From Candidatus Obscuribacteraceae bacterium (GTDB lineage Bacteria; Cyanobacteriota; Vampirovibrionia; Obscuribacterales; Obscuribacteraceae): DNA of 64,000 nt. Each line of letters starts with the position of its first letter. The stretch's first letter is position 1. A program made the position numbers and the translations under genes. The stretch is from positions 64,001 to 128,000 of the forward strand of contig JBGASG010000008.1 in assembly GCA_044229845.1 (NCBI GenBank), written 5' to 3'. Shown here piece after piece: positions 56,819-64,000 of this stretch. A model generated the notes under the pieces. It was not told the DNA's origin and did no database searches. It saw only the letters and a program-made list of their open reading frames with translations.

Positions 56819-58252
56819 ATGGGACAAGACTTTCATCCCAATTCTGAAGCGGAAATCGCCACCACAGTAGCGAAATCCATCCCGATTGAAAGTGGTGATC
56901 CATCACCCTTGAGTTTTGGCGCGGTCATGGCGGATCAAGGCACTCAGGTTGCCGATTCGCGAGTGCCAGGCGGCACCCGCAACAACGGCGACGCCGGCAA
57001 CCTCATCGACATAACCCGCTGGCTACCAAAGTACGACATCGCCAACCCGGGACTGGTGCGCGCTATCTCGGGTTTCGGCGACCAGCGACAGCCGTCCGCC
57101 GTGACACAGGTCGGCGACCGCACGACACAGACGGCCGCCGTGCCGGGAGACGGCGGCAAACCCAAAGACATATACATCAAGCCAGGTGGCGACCCGCGCC
57201 GGGACGCCCAGCAGATTCAAGATGCTATCGATGCTGCAGCTCGCGCTGGAGAACAGGTCAACATCAATGTTCCGCCAGGAATTTATAGAGGAAACATCGT
57301 CTTCCCCCCCGGAGCGCGCAACATCTCACTGAAGGCGCAAGAAGTAAACGGACGGCGCGCGGTGTTCGACATGACCGGCATGCCGACCAGTGATGATACG
57401 CAAGCGGTGTTCAAGCTGCAGAACAACCAGAACATCACCATCGAAGGATTCGAAATCAAAAACTACAAAGGTTCGTCGCGTGACAATCCGCCGGTAGGCA
57501 TCATGGTCACCGGCGTCAACAAAGACATTACGCTGCGCGGCAACGATATCCATCATCTCGGACTTGACGCCCAGGGGCAGCCGGACAGAATCGGCTCACA
57601 GCCAATCATCGTGTTTGGCAAAGGATCGACCGAAGCAACGGCAACTCGCAATATCAACATTACCAACAACCATGTCCACGATTCAAACCTCGGTCAACAC
57701 GAGGGCATCACGCTGAACGGCAATGTGGATGGCTTCCAGATCTCGATCAATCGCTTGACCAATCTGAACAACATCGGCATCGATATCGTCGGCGGTGAGA
57801 CTACTTCGTCCAATCGCGCCCTTGATGCAGCCCGCAATGGTCTGATTCGCGGCAATTTCGTGAGCGGCATCGACAGCGACAAGAATCCCACTTATCCGAA
57901 AGGCGACCGTTCAGCCGGGGGCATCTATATCGATGGCGGACGGGACGTGCGCATTGAAAACAACGTGGTCGAAAATACCAACCGCGGCATCGAGATCGGC
58001 AGCGAGCATGCCGGTACTTCGGCGCAAAACATCACAGTCAGCAACAACTGGCTGAAAAGAAACCACCTGGCGGCGATTACAGTGGGCGCCGGCGAGCGAA
58101 ACCAGGGCAGCACCGTCAACGTGTCCCTTATCAATAATATCTTCCAGGCAAACGGTCCGGATGCCAAAACCGGCGTCGTCGAGCAATACAATGTCAGTCG
58201 GCTGTTTCAATCCGGCAACAAATTCGTCGATCCCTTCTGGATTCCTCGCTAG
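56819..58252 (+). CDS. Right-handed parallel beta-helix repeat protein (pectin-lyase-like fold)
   Basis: Repeated NITIEG/ITLRGN/NITNN/IRGNFV/VRIENN units, GIYIDGG; start uncertain (56795 or 56819). Confidence 0.8.
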   Translation: MGQDFHPNSEAEIATTVAKSIPIESGDPSPLSFGAVMADQGTQVADSRVPGGTRNNGDAGNLIDITRWLPKYDIANPGLVRAISGFGDQRQPSAVTQVGDRTTQTAAVPGDGGKPKDIYIKPGGDPRRDAQQIQDAIDAAARAGEQVNINVPPGIYRGNIVFPPGARNISLKAQEVNGRRAVFDMTGMPTSDDTQAVFKLQNNQNITIEGFEIKNYKGSSRDNPPVGIMVTGVNKDITLRGNDIHHLGLDAQGQPDRIGSQPIIVFGKGSTEATATRNINITNNHVHDSNLGQHEGITLNGNVDGFQISINRLTNLNNIGIDIVGGETTSSNRALDAARNGLIRGNFVSGIDSDKNPTYPKGDRSAGGIYIDGGRDVRIENNVVENTNRGIEIGSEHAGTSAQNITVSNNWLKRNHLAAITVGAGERNQGSTVNVSLINNIFQANGPDAKTGVVEQYNVSRLFQSGNKFVDPFWIPR

Positions 58253-58269
58253 GCTATAATGTGCTCAGC

Positions 58270-59532
58270 ATGTCCACTACTTACATTGATGCACAGCGAC
58301 TGGTTGTCGATTGTGAGAAAGAACTTTTGCCGACTTTCGCGCGCGTCGATGACATCGCTCTGGCAAACCAGAAGCGGGTGCTGGACGCCTTCAAAGACCA
58401 TCGCCTGACCGAAGAATTTTTTGCCGAGCGCACCGGCTACGGCATCGACGACATCGGTCGAGAAACGATCGACAAGATATTCGCCACCGTATTCGGTGCG
58501 GAGGCGGCAGCCGCACGCATGCAATTCGTTTCCGGAACTCATGCGCTGGCCTGTGCTTTATTCGGCAACTTGATGCCCGGCGAGCGCATGGCCTGCCTGA
58601 CGGGGCGCCCCTACGACACCATGGAAAAGGTGATCGGCATCAACGGCAATGAGCCCGGCTCGCTGAAGAGTCTGGGCGTCGAATACTTGCAGATCGACTT
58701 CGTGGCGGAAGCGACTGTAGCTGATCTGGAGGCGGCGCTGCAGCCACCGACAGCGGTGGCGTACATACAAAAGTCCTGCGGCTACACCTACGGTCGGCGG
58801 TCGCTCTCAACACGCGAAGTGCAGGCACTCTGCCAGCGAGTGCGCATGTTGCGCCCTGACTGCAAGATCATCGTCGACAACTGCTATGGCGAGTTTGTCG
58901 AAACGCGTGAGCCGACTATGGGTGGAGCCGACCTCATAGCGGGGTCGTTGATCAAAAATCCCGGCGGCGGCTTGGCGCTGACCGGCGGTTATATCGCGGG
59001 CACCCGGCAGTGCGTCGATGCTGCTCTCAATCGGCTGACGGCGCCCGGAGTCGGCGGGCATCTGGGTCTTACTTTCAATCAAAACCGGCTGCTTCTGCAG
59101 GGTCTTTTCACCGCGCCCTCAGTCGTGGCTAATGCTCTGAAAGGAGCCGCGTTGTTTGCTCTCGTTTTCAATAAGCTGGGTTTCGACACATCGCCCGATC
59201 CCACAGATGAGCGGGCCGACATCATCCAGAGCATTCGCTTTGGAGACCCTAAGCTGTTGACCAACTTCTTGCGCTGCATGCAGATGTTTTCCCCCGTTAA
59301 CTCGCATGTACAGCCGGAACCGTCAGAGATGCCGGGATACGAAGACAAAGTGATCATGGCGGGAGGCAGTTTTATCGAGGGTTCGACCATCGAATTGTCC
59401 GCGGATGGACCATTGCGTCCGCCGTATGCCGCATTTGTTCAGGGCGGGCTTACTTACTATCACGTCAAATGCGCGCTGGTTGGCATCGTCGAGCAAGGAC
59501 AGCTGGAGCCGACGCGTTTTCTGCGCAGCTGA
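58270..59532 (+). CDS. Methionine gamma-lyase-like / aluminium-resistance family protein (YnbB-like, PLP-dependent)
   Basis: TGYGIDDIGR, VSGTHA, PYDT, VDNCYGEFVE, GSLIKNPGGG, MPGYED, GSTIELSADGP. Confidence 0.9.
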   Translation: MSTTYIDAQRLVVDCEKELLPTFARVDDIALANQKRVLDAFKDHRLTEEFFAERTGYGIDDIGRETIDKIFATVFGAEAAAARMQFVSGTHALACALFGNLMPGERMACLTGRPYDTMEKVIGINGNEPGSLKSLGVEYLQIDFVAEATVADLEAALQPPTAVAYIQKSCGYTYGRRSLSTREVQALCQRVRMLRPDCKIIVDNCYGEFVETREPTMGGADLIAGSLIKNPGGGLALTGGYIAGTRQCVDAALNRLTAPGVGGHLGLTFNQNRLLLQGLFTAPSVVANALKGAALFALVFNKLGFDTSPDPTDERADIIQSIRFGDPKLLTNFLRCMQMFSPVNSHVQPEPSEMPGYEDKVIMAGGSFIEGSTIELSADGPLRPPYAAFVQGGLTYYHVKCALVGIVEQGQLEPTRFLRS

Positions 59533-59640
59533 GCCGCACCTGAGCGGAAACTCACCCGAACGCAGCACTAAACATTTGTTCATTCCTCAGCCCTGGCGCG
59601 AAATTCTTCTCTAAAATGACCCAAGGGCTGCGAGGATCAC

Positions 59641-60651
59641 ATGCGCGAGGGCAGACAGTTGGTTGCACAGATGCCATTACGTCAAAAGACTCAGCCAGGC
59701 AGCAATGTGACATTTAAAGTCTTTTCGGGGACTGCTAATCCCGAACTGGCTAAAGAAGTGGCTGACTACGTCGGCACAGACCTCGGACACATCAAAATCA
59801 CGCCCTTCTCGGACGGCGAAATCTACGTCCAGATTCAGGAGAGCGTACGCGGCGTCGATTGTTTCTTGATTCAACCCACTTGCAGCCCCGTCAACGAAAA
59901 CTTGATGGAGCTTTTGATTTTGCTCGATGCGTTCAAACGCGCATCTGCCGGGCGTATCACGGTAGTCATGCCCTATTACGGCTATGCCAGACAAGACCGG
60001 AAAGCCGCCGGACGGGAGGCAATCACAGCCAAACTGGTCGCCGACCTTCTGACTACGGCCGGCGCCAATCGCGTCGTGGCGCTGGATTTGCACGCACCGC
60101 AGATTATGGGTTTCTTCAATATCCTGGTCGATCACTTGTATGCAAGCCCAGTGCTGCTCGACCATATCGCCAACTCCAGCGACTTCCCCAAAGAAGACCT
60201 GGTAGTCGTCAGCCCCGACGTGGGCGGTGTGGGTCGCGCTCGCGCCTTCGCCAAGAAACTGAACGACTCGCCAATCGCCATCATCGATAAAAGACGCAGC
60301 GCCGCCAACGTCGCCGAAGTTCTGTCGGTTGTCGGCGATGTCAAAAACAAAACCGCAATCATGGTCGACGACATGGTCGACACTGCCGGCACACTGGTCA
60401 AAGGCGCCGAGCTCTTGAAGCGCGAGGGTGCCAAAGCCGTCTATGCCTGTGCCACGCACGGAGTCCTCTCCGGACCGGCTTTCGAGCGCCTCGAGCACTC
60501 ACCCATCGAGCAACTGATCGTCACCAACTCGATCCCGGTTGAGCAATCGAAGCTGAGCAAGAAGATTCAGCAAGTCAGCGTCGCCAGATTGCTGGGCGAA
60601 GCGATTGCTCGCATTCACGAAGATTGCTCCGTCAGCGAGCTATTCGAGTAG
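59641..60651 (+). CDS. prs: Ribose-phosphate pyrophosphokinase
   Basis: FSDGE, PYYGYARQDRK, DLHA, VSPDVGG, VDDMVDTAGT. Confidence 0.97.
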   Translation: MREGRQLVAQMPLRQKTQPGSNVTFKVFSGTANPELAKEVADYVGTDLGHIKITPFSDGEIYVQIQESVRGVDCFLIQPTCSPVNENLMELLILLDAFKRASAGRITVVMPYYGYARQDRKAAGREAITAKLVADLLTTAGANRVVALDLHAPQIMGFFNILVDHLYASPVLLDHIANSSDFPKEDLVVVSPDVGGVGRARAFAKKLNDSPIAIIDKRRSAANVAEVLSVVGDVKNKTAIMVDDMVDTAGTLVKGAELLKREGAKAVYACATHGVLSGPAFERLEHSPIEQLIVTNSIPVEQSKLSKKIQQVSVARLLGEAIARIHEDCSVSELFE

Positions 60652-60652
60652 T

Positions 60653-61285
60653 ATGCACGTTATCACTTTTCCAGCCGGCCCGTTGCAGTGCAACTGCTCG
60701 ATCATCGCGTGTCCGGAAACTAAAGAAGCCGCTGTCATCGACCCGGGCGGCGACGTGGACGAGATTTTGAAACTGCTGCAGGACAACGGCTTGACCGTCA
60801 AATACTTGCTGCACACGCACGCACACTTCGACCACATTCTCGGTTCTCGCGAACTGAAGGAAAAGACGGGCGCCAAGATCTGCCTGCACGAAGGCGACGA
60901 CTGGCTCTACGAGAACCTCGGCATGCAATGCGGCTTGTTCGGATTTAAATCGGACGAACCGCTGCCCGTCGACGTACATTTGAACGACGAAGAAGAATTG
61001 AAGATAGGCAACATCAAAACCAAAGTCATTCACACTCCAGGGCATACGCCAGGCAGTTTGTGTTTTGAGATGTCCGCCAAAGACAACTTGCTCTACTCAG
61101 GCGATACGCTGTTCCAGCACAGCATCGGGCGCACGGATTTGTGGGGCGGCAGCATGGACGACATAATCAAATCGATTCGCGGCAAACTGTTCCGGCTGGA
61201 TGATTCGACAACGGTGGTGCCTGGGCACGGACCGAACACCACAATTCATCAAGAGAAGAAACTCAACCCGTTCGTCGGCGCCTGA
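60653..61285 (+). CDS. MBL-fold metallo-hydrolase (glyoxalase II-like)
   Basis: THAHFDH, HTPGHTPG, SGDTLF, GRTD, PGHG. Confidence 0.92.
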   Translation: MHVITFPAGPLQCNCSIIACPETKEAAVIDPGGDVDEILKLLQDNGLTVKYLLHTHAHFDHILGSRELKEKTGAKICLHEGDDWLYENLGMQCGLFGFKSDEPLPVDVHLNDEEELKIGNIKTKVIHTPGHTPGSLCFEMSAKDNLLYSGDTLFQHSIGRTDLWGGSMDDIIKSIRGKLFRLDDSTTVVPGHGPNTTIHQEKKLNPFVGA

Positions 61286-61288
61286 ATT

Positions 61289-62827
61289 CTACTTAGCTTT
61301 GCCACCATTGGCGATGGCGAGAAACTTGGGCGAGTATTCGATCTTCGTCGTCTTGCGCTTGTCTTGCAACCACTTCTCCAAGACCAACTGAGTTTTCAGC
61401 TGCTGCACTTGCAGCGCCACAAGCGGCTTGACGTCATTGAAGGCGAGATAGCCCGGCTTTTCGTGTCCGGTGACTTTAATGATCTGGTAGCCGAGTTCGG
61501 TCTTGATCAGGCGCGGCAACACGGTGCCCGTCGGCAAGGTCCAGACGGCGTCCGCCACTGCGGGCGTCAGCGATTCTTTGTCGAGCCAGCCCAGTTCACC
61601 GCCGGTGCCGCGCATTTTTGCTTGCATGTCATCGGTGCTTTCGTTGGCGAGTTTGCCGAAATCTTTGGTCGCCTGAGCTTTTCCAAGGATCACCAGCGCC
61701 TTCTGCTCAAGCTCTTTATTGACCAGAGCTACGCGCGCATCGACTTCCGCATCGGTGAGTTTGGGGTTCTGGTTTTTGATCTCGGTCTTGATGCTGCGGA
61801 TTGCCGGCGGCACATCAGCGCTGGGCGCCAGAATCAGAATCGATGAAAGCCGCACGCGCTCGCCGTGCTTGAACAGTTCTTTGTTCTTCGCGTACACAGC
61901 CTTGAGTTCGGCATCTGTGACTTTGGAACCTTTGGTCACCTTTTCGGCTTGCAACTTAGCCAATTCGGTTTTGACAATCTCGTCCTTAAGAGCATCCTGC
62001 GGCAACCCGCTTTGTTGCAGCACCAGCGGATAGCTTCGTGAATGCTTGAACAGGAAATATTTGTTCATAGCGTCCTTCTCAAGCCCGCCTGCCTTGGCGG
62101 CGTTGCAGAGAATTTCGCGATTAACCAGTTCAGGCAGCAGCCCTTGTTGCAAAAGCACGCTGGACATTTTGTAAGCCAGCCCGATGTTGTAGATTTCTTC
62201 GGCGTATTGCGCTTCGGTCAATCCTCTGTCTTTGAGAAACTTTTCGAAGCCGCCCGGTTCTTTGGACTGCCCTTCCTTGGCGGTCTTGAGCAGCTTTTCC
62301 TTGTCGCCGGGTGAGAGGGTCAAATTGCGCGCTTTGGCTTCCGCCAGCAGCTTAGCCCTCACCGTGGGGTCAGCCCCGATGCCGGAACTTGCCTGTACTT
62401 GTTGCAACACCAACATGCTCTTATACGTGCTGATGCGCAGGGGAGTGCCGCCGACGGTGCAGATCACCGTTTCGTTCGGCAGGTCTTTCATGCTGATGCT
62501 GATTTCTTTTTGCCCGTCGGGCAAGGTGCGGGTCTCCACGTCCGGCTTGCCTGTGGTGGTCGCCGTGGCGCTGTCCGTCGCGGCACCTGTACCTGTCGCC
62601 GCAGTGCCATCAGTAGCAGTGGCTGTTCCGGTTGCCGTCGCGCTGTCGGTGGCGGTACCGGCGGCGGTGGCATCAGTGGCAGTCGCGGTGCCGGTGGCAG
62701 TCGCAGCCGGCTGTTTGGGATCGGGCGTCTGGGCAGGGTTGAGGTTAGACTGCATGTTGGCGCCGTTGCAGCCCGCCAGCAAAGCTACGCTGAAGGCGAC
62801 CAACAGAGTTTGAGATTGCTTGTTCAT
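61289..62827 (-). CDS. Parvulin-type peptidyl-prolyl isomerase lipoprotein (PrsA/SurA-like)
   Basis: Lipobox LLAGC; Thr/Ala-rich linker; FGKLANESTD, GGELGW, TELGYQIIKV. Confidence 0.85.
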   Translation of the reverse strand: MNKQSQTLLVAFSVALLAGCNGANMQSNLNPAQTPDPKQPAATATGTATATDATAAGTATDSATATGTATATDGTAATGTGAATDSATATTTGKPDVETRTLPDGQKEISISMKDLPNETVICTVGGTPLRISTYKSMLVLQQVQASSGIGADPTVRAKLLAEAKARNLTLSPGDKEKLLKTAKEGQSKEPGGFEKFLKDRGLTEAQYAEEIYNIGLAYKMSSVLLQQGLLPELVNREILCNAAKAGGLEKDAMNKYFLFKHSRSYPLVLQQSGLPQDALKDEIVKTELAKLQAEKVTKGSKVTDAELKAVYAKNKELFKHGERVRLSSILILAPSADVPPAIRSIKTEIKNQNPKLTDAEVDARVALVNKELEQKALVILGKAQATKDFGKLANESTDDMQAKMRGTGGELGWLDKESLTPAVADAVWTLPTGTVLPRLIKTELGYQIIKVTGHEKPGYLAFNDVKPLVALQVQQLKTQLVLEKWLQDKRKTTKIEYSPKFLAIANGGKAK

Positions 62828-62846
62828 TTAAAAGACGTTCCCCGCC

Positions 62847-64000
62847 CTAACCGGCTTTGGTGGCTGCTTGATAGGTGACCATGCTATTTAGAAGTTCTTC
62901 CAAAAGATTGAGCTGCTCGACTGGATCTAGCCCTTCAGAGCGGACGAGCACATAAGGTGACGGACCGACGGCTCCAGCCGAGCCAGGTTTGTAGGTGGTG
63001 CGACTGCCAAGATGCTTGGGCAAGCGCTGCTGAATGGGCAGCCATGTCTGTAGGCGGTAATTGACGAGCAGGCGCAACCCCACCATATCAGGTTTGATCG
63101 CCGACACGCCCACCGAGCTGGCCAACAGGCGCAGTTTGACGATCTGGCAAAGCTGCTTCACTTCCACAGGCAATGGACCGAAACGATCGCGCCATTCTTC
63201 AGTGAGCATGATCAACTCGCGCTCGGACTTCACATCAGCAAGACGCTTGTACTCGATGATGCGATGCTGCGAATCTTCCACGTAGCTATCCGGGATGAAG
63301 GCCGTAACGTTGATATCTATCTGCGTGTCGTAGTCGCTGGAGACAGCCTGACCCTTCAGTTCGGCAACCGACTCTTCGAGCAGTTTGCAATAGAGGTCGA
63401 AGCCGACCGCCACCATGTGGCCGTGCTGTTCGGCACCAAGAATGTTGCCGACGCCGCGGATTTCCATATCACGCAAGGCGATTTGATAACCCGATCCCAG
63501 ACTTGTAAACTCGCGGATTGCCTTCAACCTGTTTTGCGCGGTATCGCTCAAGACACGCTCCGGACGGTAGAAGCAGTATGCATAAGCCTGCACATCCGAA
63601 CGCCCGACACGTCCGCGCAATTGATAGAGTTGCGCCAATCCCAATTTGTCGGCCGAGTCGACAATGATCGTGTTGCAGTTGGGAATGTCCAGACCCGATT
63701 CAATAATGGTTGTGCAGACGAGAATATCGGCTTCGTGATTGGCAAACGCCAGCATCACGTTTTCCAGATCTCGCTCATTCATCTGACCGTGTCCGACCAG
63801 GATCTTGGTGCCCGGCATCAGCTCTTGCAGTTCAAAAGCAATACCTTCGATGGTCTCCACTCGGTTATGGACGAAGAAAACCTGTCCGCCGCGTTCCAGT
63901 TCGTGCAATATGGCGGTGCGCACCACTTGCGGACGATATTCGCCGACGTAGGTCTTAATCGGTGCTCTGTTAATCGGCGGAGTGTTGATCAAAGACATAT
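62847..64000 (-). CDS. mfd: Transcription-repair coupling factor, C-terminal part (5' end lies outside the window)
   Basis: RGGQVFFVHNRVE, HGQM, TTIIESGLDIPN, GLAQLYQLRGRVGRS, RDMEIRGVGNILG. Confidence 0.97.
   Translation of the reverse strand, partial: MSLINTPPINRAPIKTYVGEYRPQVVRTAILHELERGGQVFFVHNRVETIEGIAFELQELMPGTKILVGHGQMNERDLENVMLAFANHEADILVCTTIIESGLDIPNCNTIIVDSADKLGLAQLYQLRGRVGRSDVQAYAYCFYRPERVLSDTAQNRLKAIREFTSLGSGYQIALRDMEIRGVGNILGAEQHGHMVAVGFDLYCKLLEESVAELKGQAVSSDYDTQIDINVTAFIPDSYVEDSQHRIIEYKRLADVKSERELIMLTEEWRDRFGPLPVEVKQLCQIVKLRLLASSVGVSAIKPDMVGLRLLVNYRLQTWLPIQQRLPKHLGSRTTYKPGSAGAVGPSPYVLVRSEGLDPVEQLNLLEELLNSMVTYQAATKAG

Overview
Chromosomal window (mostly high-GC coding) from a bacterium whose gene content suggests a non-photosynthetic cyanobacterial relative (Vampirovibrionia/Melainabacteria, possibly Obscuribacterales). 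That assignment is an inference from cyanobacteria-like ndhD/ndhF, LCP and PlsC genes, no photosynthesis genes in the window, and many kinase-TM-helical-repeat receptors. Housekeeping genes: pgeF, ndhD/ndhF, a 2-oxoacid:ferredoxin oxidoreductase alpha/beta pair, mqnD, murE, rplU-rpmA, a peroxiredoxin plus redoxin pair, hemL, comF, prs, a PrsA-like PPIase and partial mfd. Accessory content: five tandem Ser/Thr kinases, two zincin-type peptidase genes, an orphan VirB4-like ATPase and a PLD-nuclease/XRE-HTH fusion. Non-coding signals of most interest: (1) an apparently stand-alone TnpB (IS200/IS605) omega-RNA-like scaffold with its own candidate promoter and no tnpB in the window (9419-9623, minus strand); (2) three palindromic TTTGTCAA-N17-TTGACAAA units at an exact 52-bp period just downstream of the PLD-HTH gene (39965-40101); (3) a promoter- and terminator-bounded structured RNA candidate upstream of the VirB4-like gene; (4) a MITE-like inverted-repeat element. 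All family assignments come from motif recognition by eye; no database searches were run.
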